Part shown: in pieces, positions 20,150-33,395 of the stretch
Numbering within the stretch: position 1 is the stretch's first letter
Layout of the letters: each line of letters opens with the position of its first letter
DNA from: Candidatus Latescibacterota bacterium
GTDB taxonomy: Bacteria > Latescibacterota > UBA2968
Direction of reading: 5' to 3'
DNA: 64,000 bases
NCBI GenBank assembly: GCA_965204745.1
Contig: OZ242010.1
Coordinates: 1,728,001 to 1,792,000 of the forward strand
Made by a program: the position numbers and the translations under genes
The notes under the pieces: model-generated
What the model saw: the letters and a program-made list of their open reading frames with translations, nothing else
The model's database searches: none
What the model was told of the DNA's origin: nothing

Positions 20150-20413
20150 ATGGCCTATATCATCGCCGAGCCATGCATCGACGTCATGGACAAGGCCTGC
20201 GTGGAAGTCTGCCCGGTGGATTGCATCTACGAACCCGATGCGACCAATTTGCCGGAAGACGAACGCCTCAACATGCTCTACATCCATCCCGAAGAATGCA
20301 TCGACTGCGGTGCCTGCGAGCCAGAATGCCCGGTCGAGGCGATTTTCGCAGAAGAAGACACGCCCGAAGAATGGACGGAGTACATCGAAATCAATGCAGT
20401 CGCTTTTGAGTAG
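20150..20413 (+). CDS. 7Fe-type ferredoxin
   Basis: [19 protein letters not shown] and [16 protein letters not shown]. Confidence 0.93.
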   Translation: MAYIIAEPCIDVMDKACVEVCPVDCIYEPDATNLPEDERLNMLYIHPEECIDCGACEPECPVEAIFAEEDTPEEWTEYIEINAVAFE

Positions 20414-20499
20414 CGTCTGAATTGCAACAACCGGTTTTCAAATGCCAGGGCCGGCCTCGGTTCTGGCATTTTCGCGCCATGCGATTGAGGAAGAGAGTT

Positions 20500-23400
20500 A
20501 TGGCATACCCCCGCAAGCACGGTCTTTACAATCCCAAATACGAACGCGACGCCTGTGGCATTGGCTTTGTCGTAAATATCAAGGGCGAAAAATCCAACCA
20601 GATCATCCAAATGGCCCTCGAATCCCTGGTCTGCCTCGACCATCGCGGCGCGCGCGGCGCCGAAGCCAACACGGGCGACGGCGCGGGCGTGTTGATGCAA
20701 CTGCCGCATCGGTTCTTTGAACGCGCCTGCAAGGGCATCGACCTGCCAGCCCCTGGGCACTACGGCGTGGGCATGATTTTTATGACCGATCACGCGGATC
20801 GATCTCTCCGCCAAAAAACCCGGCAACTGATCGAGGACATCGTCACAGAAGAAGGGCAGGAGGTTCTAGGCTGGCGCGAGGTGCCCACGCACAACGCCTC
20901 TTTGGGGCTTACGGCGCTGTCTTGCGAACCGGTGGTTTGGCAAATTTTCGTCGGGCGCAGCGCGGCCCTGCCCGACCCGATGGCCTTTGAGCGCAAGTTG
21001 TACGCGATTCGCAAGCGCGCGACCAATGCCATTCGCTACAATGGGCACGACGAGAATTTCTACATCTCCAGTTTGTCGTCTCGCACCATAGTGTACAAGG
21101 GCATGCTCACGCCCAGGCAAGTGGCCGAATTTTATTCGGACCTGCGCGATCCCCTCATGGAAGCCGCGATTGTGCTCGTACATTCCCGGTTTTCCACCAA
21201 CACCTTTCCCTCCTGGGAGCGGTCACACCCCTATCGCTACCTCATTCACAACGGCGAAATCAACACGCTGCGCGGCAATCAAAATTGGATGAAAACCCGG
21301 CAAGCGATGCTGGCATCCGAGCTTTGGGGAGACGACTTAAAAAAGATATTCCCCATTTTGTACGAAGATGGATCGGATTCCGCGATTTTCGACAACTGCT
21401 TTGAATTTCTGTCCCTGTCCGGGCGGTCGATGGCACACGCCGCCGCGATGATGATTCCCGAACCATGGGAAAAGCACGAGAGCATGAGCCCCGAAAGGCG
21501 CGCTTTTTACGAGTACCATTCTTGTCTGATGGAGCCGTGGGATGGCCCGGCGTCGATTGGCTTTACCGATGGCGAAGTGGTGGGCGCGTGTCTCGACCGC
21601 AATGGGTTGCGCCCCTCGCGCTATTACATCACCAAAGACGACTTGCTCATCCTCAGTTCCGAAGCCGGGGTTTGCGAGTTGGCGCCCGAGCGCGTCGCGT
21701 ACAAGGGCCGGTTGCAACCCGGACGCATTCTCCTCGTGGATACGACACAGGGCCGCGTGATCTCCGATAGCGAAGTCAAAGATGAGATGGTTTTCGCGCA
21801 TCCCTACCAGCAGTGGCTCGACCAGCATCTCATTTCGCTTACAGACCTGCCCGCAGTCGCGCCCATCGCCCCGCCTACAAACCACGCCGAGGTGCTTACG
21901 CGGCAACAGGCGTTTGGGTACACGTTTGAAGACCTCAAAATTTTTGTCGGCCCCATGTCCAAAATCGGGCGCGACCCGGTCGGGTCGATGGGCAATGACG
22001 CGCCCTTGGCCGCGTTGTCCAACAAGGCCCATCTGCTCTACAACTACTTCAAACAACTCTTTGCCCAAGTAACCAATCCGCCGCTCGATCCTCTCAAAGA
22101 AGAGGTGATCACCTCGGCCGACGCCACCATTGGCCCAGAGCGCAATCTGCTCGTTCCCGAACCGGAAAGCTGCCGGCAAATCCACCTCGATACGCCCATC
22201 CTGACCGATGAAGAACTCGAGCGGTTGCGCCGCGTGGATCGCCCGGGCCTCAAAGCCACGACGATTCCCATGCTCTTTGACGCGGCTGATGGGGATCTCG
22301 AAAAGGCGATAGACGACTTGTATGCAAAAGCCGACAACGCCATTGACGCCGGTTATACCATCCTCATTCTTTCGGACCGCGGCGTGGATGAAAAGCACGC
22401 GCCCATTCCCGCGCTTTTGGCGATGAGCGGCCTCCACCACCATCTCATCCGAGAGGGCAAGCGCACCAAAGTGGGCATTGCCCTCGAAACGGGCGAACCC
22501 CGCGAAGTACATCACTTCTGCTTGCTCATCGGGTACGGCGCGCAGGCCATCAACCCCTATATGGCTTACGAGAGCTTGGCGGATATGATCAACGAACAGC
22601 AGTTGACCGATATTTCCTATCCCGATGCGGTCAAAGGGTATGTCAAATCCGCGACCAAAGGCGTGGTCAAGGTGATGGCAAAAATGGGCATTTCCACCAT
22701 CAAGTCCTATCGGGGGGCGCAAATTTTTGAAGCCGTGGGGATTTCAAAACGGGTGATCGACAAATACTTTACGTGGACGGACTCGCGCATAGATGGCATT
22801 GGTCTCGACATCATCGCACGAGAAGCCCTGATGCGGCATCGCGTCGCCTATCCCGCAATATCGGTCAATGGCAGTACCCTCGACGTGGGCGGTCATTTTC
22901 AGTGGCGGCAGGACGGGGAATACCACCTGTTTAATCCCCTCACGATTCACAAACTCCAGCACGCCACGCGCACCGATAATTACGACGTGTACAGAGAATA
23001 CGCGGCCCTGATCGATGAACAGGACAAAAATTTGGCGACGTTGCGCGGGTTGATGGATTTCAACTACGCCAGCGACCCCATTCCCCTTGATGAAGTCGAA
23101 CCCGTGGAGGAGATCACCAAACGCTTTAAGTCCGGGGCCATGTCCTACGGGTCCATATCCAAAGAAGCGCACGAGGCCCTCGCCATAGCGATGAACCGCC
23201 TAGGCGGCAAGAGCAATACCGGCGAGGGCGGCGAAGACCCTGCACGCTATGTCCTCGAACCCAATGGCGATTCCAAAAACAGCGCGATCAAGCAAGTGGC
23301 TTCCGGGCGGTTTGGCGTGACGAGCAATTATTTGGTCAATGCCCGCGAATTGCAGATCAAAATGGCGCAGGGCGCCAAGCCGGGCGAAGGCGGCGAGTTG

Positions 23401-25062
23401 CCCGGCAACAAGGTGTATCCGTGGATCGCCCGCGTTCGGCACGCGACCCCGGGCGTGGAACTCATCTCGCCGCCGCCGCATCACGATATTTATTCTATCG
23501 AGGATTTGGCACAACTCATTCACGACCTCAAAAATGCCAACCACCACGCTCGGATTAACGTCAAGTTGGTCGCTGAAATCAATGTGGGCATTGTCGCGGC
23601 GGGCGTGTCCAAGGGCCACGGCGATGTGGTGCTCATCTCTGGCCTTGACGGGGGCACGGGCGCGTCGCCGCAAACGAGCATCAAACACGCGGGCCTGCCG
23701 TGGGAACTCGGCGTTGCCGAAACCCACCAGACGCTCGTGCTCAACAATTTGAGATCGCGCATTGTGGTCGAAACCGACGGGCAACTCAAAACCGGGCGCG
23801 ACGTGGTGATCGCCGCGTTGCTCGGCGCCGAGGAATTTGGCTTTGCCACCACCGCGCTCGTGGCGATGGGGTGCATTATGATGCGCGTTTGCCACCTCGA
23901 TACGTGCCCGGTGGGCGTTGCCACGCAACATCCCGAACTCCGCAAGAAGTTTATGGGCGATCCCGACTATGTCGTCAATTTCCTGCGTTTCATCGCACGG
24001 GACATGCGCGAAATTATGGCGCGGCTCGGCATTCGCACGGTCGATGAACTCATCGGGCGCACGGACCTGCTCCACCAAGCAAAAACCGATCACTGGAAGG
24101 CCAAGAGCCTGGACCTGTCTCCCATTTTGGAAAAAGTGGATGCCAGCGACGACATCGGTCGCTATTGCCAGATCGAACAGGATCACGGCCTCGAACACGC
24201 GCTAGACAATCAGGTGTTGCTCGACGTTTGCAAACCCGCCCTCAAAGATGGCAGCAAGGTGCGCGCTACATTCGACATCAAAAATACCAACCGCGTGGTG
24301 GGCACGATTCTCGGCAGTGAAATCACGCGCCGGTTCGGCCCGGATGGCCTGCCCGAAGATACCATCGACATCGCGTTTGAGGGATCCGCCGGGCAATCCT
24401 TTGCGGCTTTTACGCCGCCCGGTATCACCTTTCGCCTCGAAGGCGACGCCAACGACTATTTTGGCAAGGGCCTGTGCGGCAGCAAGTTGATCGTCTATCC
24501 GCGCAGGGGATCGACCTTTGTGGCCGAAGACAATATCATCATCGGCAATGTCTCTTTTTACGGCGCGACCAACGGGCAAGCCTTTATCCGCGGTCAGGCC
24601 GGCGAACGCTTCTGCGTCCGCAACTCGGGTGTGCGCGCTGTTGTGGAAGGCATAGGCGACCACGGGTGCGAATACATGACGGGCGGGATGGCGGTTATTC
24701 TGGGCAAGACCGGGCGCAATTTTGCCGCAGGCATGTCCGGGGGCATTGCGTATGTGCTCGACGAAGAGGGCGATTTCCACACGCGCTGCAACCCCGAACT
24801 CGTGGATCTCGAATCCGTCGAAAGCGACGCAGACGTGGAAGACCTCAACCACATGATCGCCCAACACGCCGAATACACGCAAAGCCGCGTGGCACAACGC
24901 ATCCTCGCCCACTGGGAGGACGCATTGCCCAAATTCGTCAAAGTTTTCCCCAAGCCCTACAAGCGCATTCTCTCGGCTTATGAAATCGCACAACGAGCGG
25001 GCTTGGAAGGCGAAGACGCATGGCTGGAAGCCTTCCGCCGCGGCGTGGAAGTCGAGGCGTAA
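20500..25062 (+). CDS. gltB: Glutamate synthase large subunit
   Basis: [54 protein letters not shown] domain. Confidence 0.98.
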   Translation: MAYPRKHGLYNPKYERDACGIGFVVNIKGEKSNQIIQMALESLVCLDHRGARGAEANTGDGAGVLMQLPHRFFERACKGIDLPAPGHYGVGMIFMTDHADRSLRQKTRQLIEDIVTEEGQEVLGWREVPTHNASLGLTALSCEPVVWQIFVGRSAALPDPMAFERKLYAIRKRATNAIRYNGHDENFYISSLSSRTIVYKGMLTPRQVAEFYSDLRDPLMEAAIVLVHSRFSTNTFPSWERSHPYRYLIHNGEINTLRGNQNWMKTRQAMLASELWGDDLKKIFPILYEDGSDSAIFDNCFEFLSLSGRSMAHAAAMMIPEPWEKHESMSPERRAFYEYHSCLMEPWDGPASIGFTDGEVVGACLDRNGLRPSRYYITKDDLLILSSEAGVCELAPERVAYKGRLQPGRILLVDTTQGRVISDSEVKDEMVFAHPYQQWLDQHLISLTDLPAVAPIAPPTNHAEVLTRQQAFGYTFEDLKIFVGPMSKIGRDPVGSMGNDAPLAALSNKAHLLYNYFKQLFAQVTNPPLDPLKEEVITSADATIGPERNLLVPEPESCRQIHLDTPILTDEELERLRRVDRPGLKATTIPMLFDAADGDLEKAIDDLYAKADNAIDAGYTILILSDRGVDEKHAPIPALLAMSGLHHHLIREGKRTKVGIALETGEPREVHHFCLLIGYGAQAINPYMAYESLADMINEQQLTDISYPDAVKGYVKSATKGVVKVMAKMGISTIKSYRGAQIFEAVGISKRVIDKYFTWTDSRIDGIGLDIIAREALMRHRVAYPAISVNGSTLDVGGHFQWRQDGEYHLFNPLTIHKLQHATRTDNYDVYREYAALIDEQDKNLATLRGLMDFNYASDPIPLDEVEPVEEITKRFKSGAMSYGSISKEAHEALAIAMNRLGGKSNTGEGGEDPARYVLEPNGDSKNSAIKQVASGRFGVTSNYLVNARELQIKMAQGAKPGEGGELPGNKVYPWIARVRHATPGVELISPPPHHDIYSIEDLAQLIHDLKNANHHARINVKLVAEINVGIVAAGVSKGHGDVVLISGLDGGTGASPQTSIKHAGLPWELGVAETHQTLVLNNLRSRIVVETDGQLKTGRDVVIAALLGAEEFGFATTALVAMGCIMMRVCHLDTCPVGVATQHPELRKKFMGDPDYVVNFLRFIARDMREIMARLGIRTVDELIGRTDLLHQAKTDHWKAKSLDLSPILEKVDASDDIGRYCQIEQDHGLEHALDNQVLLDVCKPALKDGSKVRATFDIKNTNRVVGTILGSEITRRFGPDGLPEDTIDIAFEGSAGQSFAAFTPPGITFRLEGDANDYFGKGLCGSKLIVYPRRGSTFVAEDNIIIGNVSFYGATNGQAFIRGQAGERFCVRNSGVRAVVEGIGDHGCEYMTGGMAVILGKTGRNFAAGMSGGIAYVLDEEGDFHTRCNPELVDLESVESDADVEDLNHMIAQHAEYTQSRVAQRILAHWEDALPKFVKVFPKPYKRILSAYEIAQRAGLEGEDAWLEAFRRGVEVEA

Positions 25063-25292
25063 GAGGTAAGAGGTAAGAGGTAAGAGGTAAGACGTAAGAG
25101 GTAAGAGGTAAGAGGTAAGACGTGATAGCCACAAAAGGCACAAAAGGCACAAAAGGCACAAAAGGCACAAAAGACATGTGCTGAGTGGAAGTTGAGGCGT
25201 GAAAGGAAAGAGGTAAGACGTGATAGCCACAAAAGGCACGAGCGGGGTACAACTGGCAACAGCCAGTTCAAAGGCACAAAAGACATGTGCTG
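25059..25292 (+). repeat. Composite tract: GTAAGA(G/C)x9, CACAAAAGGx4-5, copy of gltB 3' end, partial second copy of the block
   Basis: Heptamers 25059-25121; nonamers 25130-25174; 25185-25202 matches gltB 25045-25062 at 16/18. Confidence 0.9.
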
Positions 25293-25394
25293 AAGTGTGT
25301 TATTCAATCAGGCAAAGCGAGAGTCGTAGGGGCGATGCCCCCGTGCTCGCCTCTATATGGAACGCACATAAACTTGCCCAAACGAGGTATCCAC

Positions 25395-26303
25395 ATGGGA
25401 AAATACGATACGATAGCCAAACATTTGGTTGCGGCCTACCCCATCGACTTCGTCTGTCTCGCACTGGAACGGGAGGATGTCGAATTCCGCGCAATCATCG
25501 AAACCGAACTCCCCAAGGTTGAAACGCGCCTAACCGATAGCCTGATTCTCGTGCGGATTGGTGGCGAGGAGGCCTTGGTGCATACGGAATTTCAGACCAC
25601 GGATGGCAAGGATATCCCGATCCGCATGGCCAGTTACACCATCCGGCTCATTGAATACTATGGCCTGCCGGTCTTTCCCCATGTGATCTACTTGCAACCC
25701 GATGCGGGGCGACGCGATGAGGGGATCTACCTCCAGGAGCATCCCGATTACCCAGTGCTAGTGCGCTACAAGGTGATTCGGTTGAGTGAAATTGAGGAGC
25801 GAGGTATTCTTGAAGGCGGTCAGCCGGGCTTGCTTCCTTACGCGCCGTTGATGAAGCGTCCTTCGGGGATGGGTTCCGAAGCCTGGTTGCGCCAGTGCAT
25901 TCGCAGGACCAAGGCGTTAGATCGGACAGGCGACTTTGACTTTTTGGGCAGTTTGGCGGTCTTGAGTGGGCTGGCTTATGAACAGGCCACCATCAAGCGA
26001 ATTCTTTCTCAGGAGGGTCTTATGGACGCGATTATGCGTGAATCATCGTTTGCCCAATACCTCAAGGAACAGGGCATTGAGCAGGGCAGAGAAGAAGGGG
26101 GCCGAGAGCGCGCTGTTGAAGACATCCTCGATGTGCTGGAGATTCGCTTTGATCCGGGCATTGCGGGTCAGTTCGCCGGTCGCATTCGGGCCATTGACGA
26201 TTTGCAACGACTCAAGCAGTTGCATCGTTCGGCAGTGCAAGTGAACGATCCGGAGGCATTTCAGCATTTGTTGAATACGGGCCTTGACGCGAGTTCCCGA
26301 TGA
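25395..26303 (+). CDS. Rpn-like PD-(D/E)XK nuclease/putative transposase
   Basis: KYDTIAKHL, RLTDSL, VHTEFQT, IRMASY, C-terminal EQGIEQGREEG; GAGGT SD before ATG. Confidence 0.8.
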   Translation: MGKYDTIAKHLVAAYPIDFVCLALEREDVEFRAIIETELPKVETRLTDSLILVRIGGEEALVHTEFQTTDGKDIPIRMASYTIRLIEYYGLPVFPHVIYLQPDAGRRDEGIYLQEHPDYPVLVRYKVIRLSEIEERGILEGGQPGLLPYAPLMKRPSGMGSEAWLRQCIRRTKALDRTGDFDFLGSLAVLSGLAYEQATIKRILSQEGLMDAIMRESSFAQYLKEQGIEQGREEGGRERAVEDILDVLEIRFDPGIAGQFAGRIRAIDDLQRLKQLHRSAVQVNDPEAFQHLLNTGLDASSR

Positions 26304-26502
26304 ATGACGCGAGAGGATATGGCGTCGTGGCGGTTGCTGAGGAGATCACAAAATGTCTGAAAGCGCTATTTCGACTTGGCGTTTGCACCGCACATGGGGC
26401 AGGGTATGGTACCACCGCTCGGGATTTGCGGAACATCGATTGGGACGCCAGATTTGCCGATCAAAACATCTTCGATTCGCCTGACACTTGCGTAAGTCCT
26501 AT

Positions 26503-26544
26503 ACTGACCACTGACCACTGATTACTGACTACTGACCACTGATT
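26503..26544 (+). repeat. ACTGAYY heptamer tract (6 units)
   Basis: ACTGACC ACTGACC ACTGATT ACTGACT ACTGACC ACTGATT before the gltD RBS. Confidence 0.9.
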
Positions 26545-26557
26545 TTAAGGAGCATGT

Positions 26558-28051
<1,494 letters not shown>

Positions 28052-28075
28052 CCTATCGCCATATCAAACCACTGG

Positions 28076-28101
28076 GGCGCAGTGCAAACTGCGCCTTTTT
28101 T
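28076..28101 (+). terminator. Intrinsic terminator after gltD
   Basis: GGCGCAGT-gcaa-ACTGCGCC-TTTTTT. Confidence 0.85.
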
Positions 28102-28237
28102 GTACTCTGACAAATCAACGATTCAGCGAATCGGAGTACAACTGGCCGGTGAACGGACTTGAAAGGCAACCCGTTGTACCCCATCCTCATGCCAGTTCAT
28201 CAACGAGATGCGTCGGGTTTTGGGTTGTTGGGCGGGG

Positions 28238-28346
28238 ACTGACCACTGACCACTGACCACTGACCACTGACCACTGACCACTGACCACTGACCACTGACC
28301 ACTGACCACTGACCACTGACCACTGACCACTGACCACTGACCACTG
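28238..28346 (+). repeat. (ACTGACC)x15 tandem repeat
   Basis: 15 exact units 28238-28342 plus ACTG. Confidence 0.97.
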
Positions 28347-28369
28347 CTGTGAATGTCAACGAGGTCGCT

Positions 28370-29446
28370 ATGTTCCGCTATTGCTTCATCTTGCTGTTAT
28401 TTACCCCATTTGAAGCCCAGGCATTTGACGATGCCTTGCCCGTGCGCGGGATTACGATTTCAACGCACGGCGGCGGGCGCGATTGGGCGGGCGATGAGAT
28501 GGTTTCCACATTGCGGGATATCAAAATTTTGGGGGCGAATTGGGTGGCGACACATCCCTACGCCGGGATTTCGCAGGATGGATCGGTCGGGTTGCGGCGA
28601 TCTGAAGGGGCGGGCGATTCAGCACCGGCGCACTGGACGCGCCCGATAGTGGAAGCCCATGCACAGGGCTTGAAAATTTGCATCAAGCCGCATCTGGCAT
28701 ACTGGCGGTCGGGATTTGAATGGCGCGGCGAGATCGCATTTCGCACAGCGGAAGAATGGGCGCGCTTTTGGGCGGATTATCGGGCGTGGATCTTATCCGT
28801 GGCCAAAGCCTGCAAAGATGCCGATGCGTTTGTCGTGGGCACGGAATTGGACAAGACCCTGCATTACGAGGCCGAGTGGCGCGCGTTGATTGCGGATGTG
28901 CGAAAGGTGTATGGAGGGCGAATTACGTACGCGGCGAATTGGTCGGATTACGAGCGCGTGCGATTTTGGGATGCGTTGGACGTGATCGGCATTCAGGGCT
29001 ACTTTCCGATTTCCGAAAAAGAACAACCCACCGAGGCGGACCTTCGCGCTGGGTGGGATCGGTTGGTGGAGGAATTGCGCGCTTACGGCGATGAGATGGG
29101 GCGCGACATCGTTTTTACCGAGTTGGGATACAACCAATCGTATCGCACGGCGTCAGAGCCGTGGGCGTATCGCGTGGATGACGATGGCGCACGTCCGTTG
29201 CAAGAGATGTGCTGGCGCATCGCGCTCGAAGCCATTGAAAGCGAACCGCGCCTTGCCGGCGCGTTGCTGTGGAAATGGTTTCCAAACCCGCGCCCCTTTG
29301 GCCGGGATTTCCAACTGGCAACGCCGCGCATTATGCCCATTATCGCCCGCGCCTGGCAAGGCGAAGTGCCTGCCATCACCTTTGACGAAGAGGCGTACCA
29401 ACGCTGGCGCGAAGCGCGAAGACGCAGGCGGTCGAATCGAGACTGA
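28370..29446 (+). CDS. Secreted GH113-like TIM-barrel glycoside hydrolase
   Basis: Signal peptide (AQA); IKPHL, WRGEI, VGTEL, TYAANW, FWDALDVIGIQGYFP, FTELGY. Confidence 0.8.
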   Translation: MFRYCFILLLFTPFEAQAFDDALPVRGITISTHGGGRDWAGDEMVSTLRDIKILGANWVATHPYAGISQDGSVGLRRSEGAGDSAPAHWTRPIVEAHAQGLKICIKPHLAYWRSGFEWRGEIAFRTAEEWARFWADYRAWILSVAKACKDADAFVVGTELDKTLHYEAEWRALIADVRKVYGGRITYAANWSDYERVRFWDALDVIGIQGYFPISEKEQPTEADLRAGWDRLVEELRAYGDEMGRDIVFTELGYNQSYRTASEPWAYRVDDDGARPLQEMCWRIALEAIESEPRLAGALLWKWFPNPRPFGRDFQLATPRIMPIIARAWQGEVPAITFDEEAYQRWREARRRRRSNRD

Positions 29447-29463
29447 ACCAAGCAGATAACTTT

Positions 29464-29718
29464 ATTGATTTTATCATCGAAACGCGCAAACGCACGTCAG
29501 CCTCGCCTACAGGTGTCGTGTGTCTCGAGGTCAAAATCTCCGATAGATGGGATAGGCGTTGGGAACGGCAAATGCGCGATATGAGCCAATCCCCAAAAAT
29601 TCAGGTGGATCGCATGATCGGAATCTACACAGGCGAGCAATCCTATCATTTCGATAGCGTAGATGTGCTGCCCGTCACCGCGTTTTTGCAACACCTGCAC
29701 CAAGGCCAGATCTTTTGA
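29464..29718 (+). pseudogene. 3' remnant of an ATPase-DUF4143-type gene
   Basis: In-frame IDFIIE...VCLEVK nuclease-like motif; no N-terminal part. Confidence 0.55.
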
Positions 29719-30263
29719 GGACGGATAAAATCCTGATCACCTTCAAATAATTGACGTATCGGGAAACTTCTGTTACCTTTGGGTACCGACGCTCGCACCC
29801 GCCTGTTTGACCTGCCTTTGCTGACTGCTCGGCGGAGCGGTTGTGCGGAAACTGACAACTGACAACGGCGTTGCATAAATGTTGTCGTGGCAAAGTTCGT
29901 CCCTTTCCCGCGAGATTTAAGCCCCTCTTTCTCTGGGATAGGACACGGGTTTCGCGATCCTCATCATGCGATTGAGCACCGCACATCCCAACCGCGCTTC
30001 CGTTTCTTGGTTCTCCTGATTTCGCGCACGCAACTGCCGCCCAATGCGTTGTTTGTAGCGGCATAGTTGGGTTTCAACGACCGAGCGACGATGATAGCCA
30101 CGGGTGCGTTTCCACTGTCGGCGGCCTTGACGCCGGATGGCTCGGATGATTTCATCGCGGGCGAGGGGGGTGCCTTCCTGTTTCCATGTTGTTCAATTTT
30201 CGCGTCATGGCGCGGGGGAAGCAGGGGCCGGATGGGGGCTCCTTGTTTGGGGGCGGCGCATGT

Positions 30264-30291
30264 GTTGGGGAGAATAATTATTCGCCCCTAC
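30264..30291. repeat. GTAG-type REP-like palindrome
   Basis: GTTGGGGAGAATAATTATTCGCCCCTAC; weaker relatives near 25326 and 30923. Confidence 0.5.
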
Positions 30292-30295
30292 CTTG

Positions 30296-30872
30296 CGTTT
30301 GTCATAGCCGCCATCTGCGCCCATCATATCACAGGGGCTTGGACTTGATCGAGCAAGGGTTTGACCTGCGAAGCATCATCAACGCTTGCCGAAGTCAGGG
30401 TCTGTGCGACAAGCTCGCCGGTGGCCTCATCGACGCCGATGTGCAATTTGCGCCAAGCAAAAGCCGTGTTGACGCACCTTCCATTCCCCTTCGCCATACC
30501 CTTTCAGGACGGTGGAATCCACCACCAAGTGGATCGGCGCATGACGGGATTGGACAGGTAAATCCACGTTTAAATCGCCCTGTCGCCGGCAGAGGGTCGT
30601 GTGATCGGGCACGCGCAAAGCCACCCCCATCAACGCCAGGATGGACGTGAGAAACCCCTCGGTTTGACGCAGGGGCAAGGCATAGACCAAGCACAACATC
30701 AACGCCGTTTGAATAGCCAAATCTGAAAAGGTGTTTTGCCTCCCCCGTTGCGTTGGCCCTTGATGGTACCAGTCCCGAAGGGCTTGCGGCGTGATCCAAA
30801 ACGTCAGACTGCCCCGCTGCTTGAGACCGGCCTCGTAGGCCGGCCAGTTCCGAACCCGATAGACAGGCTCAT
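30296..30872 (-). pseudogene. Degenerate IS5-family (IS903 group) transposase
   Basis: Fragments RNWPAYEAGLKQRGSLTFWI, LPLRQTEGF, PDHTTLCRR, GEGEWKVRQHG, WRKLHIGVD, ADGGYD across frameshifts. Confidence 0.85.
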
Positions 30873-30996
30873 AGCGACGCGAGCAGGGTCGGGCAGGGGC
30901 TGACCACTAACTACCATCAGCCGTAGGGACAGGCCCCTGCGCTCGACCAAAGATACAAGGGGGATAGGGGGTAGGTCCCAATAATGAGGAGTCATC

Positions 30997-31764
30997 ATGA
31001 ATATTTTAGATCGATTCAACCTGCGCGGGAAAACCGCGTTGGTAACCGGATGCCGTCGCGGGATTGGGCGCGCATTTGCACAGGGGTTGGCCGAGGCAGG
31101 GGCGGATATCGTGGGCGTGAGCGCATCGCTGGCACCGGGCAGTGCGGTGGAAAAAGAGGTCGCAACACTGGGGCGCGGGTTTTTGCCCTACGCATGTGAT
31201 TTTTCTGATCGGGACGCATTGTACGCGTTTATCGCACAGGTGAAAGCAGAGGTCGATCAGATCGACATTTTGATCAACAACGCGGGCACGATTTTGCGGG
31301 AGGCAGCGGTCGATCATCCCGATGACTATTGGGACAACGTGATCGAAGTCAATTTGAACGCGCAATTTGTTCTCGCGCGCGAATTTGGCAAAGAGATGGT
31401 GGCGCGCGGCCGCGGGAAAATCGTTTTCACCGCGTCTCTGCTGAGTTTTCAGGGTGGGATTACCGTGCCGAGCTATGCCGCTGCCAAAGGCGGGATCGCG
31501 ACCTTGACAATGGCCCTTTCAAATGAGTGGGCGAGCACGGGGGTAAATGTCAATGCCATTGCCCCGGGCTATATTGCAACGGACAATACCGAAGCCCTGC
31601 GCGGTGATCCCGTGCGCGCCGAGCAGATTTTGGCGCGCATTCCACAGGGGCGATGGGGGCAACCCGACGACTTAAAAGGCGCGTGTGTGTTTTTGTGTTC
31701 GGACGCGGCCAATTACGTCAATGGCGCGGTTTTGACAGTGGATGGCGGTTGGATGGGGCGGTGA
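30997..31764 (+). CDS. kduD: SDR oxidoreductase, KduD-like
   Basis: TGCRRGIG, INNAG, ASLLSFQGGITVPSYAAAKGG, VNAIAPGYIATDNT, VDGGWMGR. Confidence 0.8.
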   Translation: MNILDRFNLRGKTALVTGCRRGIGRAFAQGLAEAGADIVGVSASLAPGSAVEKEVATLGRGFLPYACDFSDRDALYAFIAQVKAEVDQIDILINNAGTILREAAVDHPDDYWDNVIEVNLNAQFVLAREFGKEMVARGRGKIVFTASLLSFQGGITVPSYAAAKGGIATLTMALSNEWASTGVNVNAIAPGYIATDNTEALRGDPVRAEQILARIPQGRWGQPDDLKGACVFLCSDAANYVNGAVLTVDGGWMGR

Positions 31765-31792
31765 TGTACGACATTTTAAGCGGAGGTGTGCA

Positions 31793-32776
31793 ATGGAATA
31801 CAGGCCGTTTGGCAAGACTGGGTTGGAGGTTTCGGCGATTGGATTTGGATGCTGGGAACTCGGCGGCAGTTATGGGCATTTTGACGAGGGCGAAGTGATC
31901 GCGGCGATTCACAAAGCCATGGATCTGGGGATCAATTGTTTTGATACCGCCGAAGGCTATGGGAGGGGCAAATCCGAAGCCCTGCTCGCGCGAGGCTTGG
32001 GAACGCGGCGCAAAGACGTGATCGTGGTCACAAAGGTCGGCATCGGCTATAAGGATTCCGGGCGGGAGAAAGACCGCGACAGCCGCCGAGAACGGATCAT
32101 GGCGTCTGTGGAAAACAGCTTGCGGTTTTTGAACACGGATTACATCGACGTGTATCTGATCCATTGGCCCGACCGGCACACGCCGTTTGACGAAACCATG
32201 CGCGCGATGGGCGATCTGGTTCAGCAGGGCAAAGCGCGGTTTGTGGGCGTGTCGAATTTCAGGGCGGAAGAGATCGACGCGTGCATGAACACGCGCCGCG
32301 TGGATGTGGGGCAATACGGGTATCACATGTTTGATCGGCGCATGGAAAGAGATGTTTTTCCCTCTTGCGAAGCGCACGGCATCGGCATGATGGGCTACGG
32401 GTCCCTCGCGCACGGCTTGTTGACCGGCGCGTTTGACGAACACACGACATTTGACGCAGGCGATTGGCGATCTCGGGGCGGGTTGTTCAACATGCCGTTG
32501 TTCACAGAAGAGAATTTTCCCCGCAATTTGAAGGTGGTGGAAGCCCTCAAACAGATGGCGGCGGACCGCGGCACAGCAGTGCATCACTTGGCACTGGCGT
32601 GGGTGTTGTCCAACCCGGTGATCAGCACCGCGCTGGTGGGCGTGCGTCAACCAGCCGAAGTCGCGTCAAACATGGGCGCGTTGGAATTGACCTTGTCCGC
32701 AGACGACAAGGCCGCCATAGATGCGGTATTTGAACGATGCGGCGTGGATACGCGCCCGGATATTTGGGTGGAGTAA
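31793..32776 (+). CDS. Aldo/keto reductase
   Basis: IGFGCW, FDTAEGYG, DYIDVYLIHWPD, VGVSNF; GGAGG SD. Confidence 0.93.
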   Translation: MEYRPFGKTGLEVSAIGFGCWELGGSYGHFDEGEVIAAIHKAMDLGINCFDTAEGYGRGKSEALLARGLGTRRKDVIVVTKVGIGYKDSGREKDRDSRRERIMASVENSLRFLNTDYIDVYLIHWPDRHTPFDETMRAMGDLVQQGKARFVGVSNFRAEEIDACMNTRRVDVGQYGYHMFDRRMERDVFPSCEAHGIGMMGYGSLAHGLLTGAFDEHTTFDAGDWRSRGGLFNMPLFTEENFPRNLKVVEALKQMAADRGTAVHHLALAWVLSNPVISTALVGVRQPAEVASNMGALELTLSADDKAAIDAVFERCGVDTRPDIWVE

Positions 32777-32813
32777 AACGACGAAAAAAGGGGCCAAAGT
32801 CCAAGTTCTTTAC

Positions 32814-32842
32814 TTGACATCATCCAAACATGTGACTAAAAT
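32814..32842 (+). promoter_or_regulatory. Sigma70 promoter for HU-family gene
   Basis: TTGACA-17 bp-TAAAAT. Confidence 0.75.
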
Positions 32843-32927
32843 AAAACGAGCCAAACAAACTCTAAACCCACTGCTCTTGATGCGTGGGTATGGAGATCAC
32901 AAACGCCAATTTTATAGGGAGGTAATC

Positions 32928-33257
32928 ATGGCGCGAGCACCAACAGCAGTGCAAGAACGGTGGAACAAGGCCCAAATTATCAGCGAGATCGCAGAAAGCA
33001 CCGGCCTCAGCAAGAGAGATGTGGGCAATGTTCTCGATGAATTGGGGACAGCCATTCACCGGCATATCAAAGCGGATTCTGTGGGCGAGTTTGTGTTGCC
33101 TAGCCTGCTCAAGATCCAAAAGCTCAAAAAGCCGGCTCGCAAAGAGCGGCAGGGCGTCAATCCTTTCACGGGCGAAGCCATCACTATCGCCGCAAAGCCC
33201 GCCTCGTGGGGCGTCAAAATCTCCGCCCTCAAAAAACTGAGAGACATGGCCGAATAA
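32928..33257 (+). CDS. HU-family DNA-binding protein
   Basis: KAQIISEIAESTGLSKRDV, KPARKERQGVNPFTGEAITIAAKPA; GGAGGT SD. Confidence 0.9.
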   Translation: MARAPTAVQERWNKAQIISEIAESTGLSKRDVGNVLDELGTAIHRHIKADSVGEFVLPSLLKIQKLKKPARKERQGVNPFTGEAITIAAKPASWGVKISALKKLRDMAE

Positions 33258-33282
33258 TCGCCACATGGATGGGACAGACGCA

Positions 33283-33315
33283 CAAAAGCCCGGCCTTTTA
33301 AGGTTGGGCTTTTTT
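33283..33315 (+). terminator. Intrinsic terminator after HU gene
   Basis: AAAAGCCCGGCC-ttttaa-GGTTGGGCTTTTTT. Confidence 0.8.
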
Positions 33316-33395
33316 CTTTTCAAAACGTGTAACGAATTGTATATTTTAGCGCAAGTGCGCGAACGGAATGACAACCCCATCGCCAAGGATGCGAA

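Noticed and set aside
21337-22722. Long antisense ORFs over gltB (likewise over the reductase, metG and rseP)
   Set aside because: Shadow frames expected in GC-rich genes; no motifs
26300-26521. 73-aa ORF after the Rpn gene
   Set aside because: No recognisable motif and ends inside a repeat; at most a fragment
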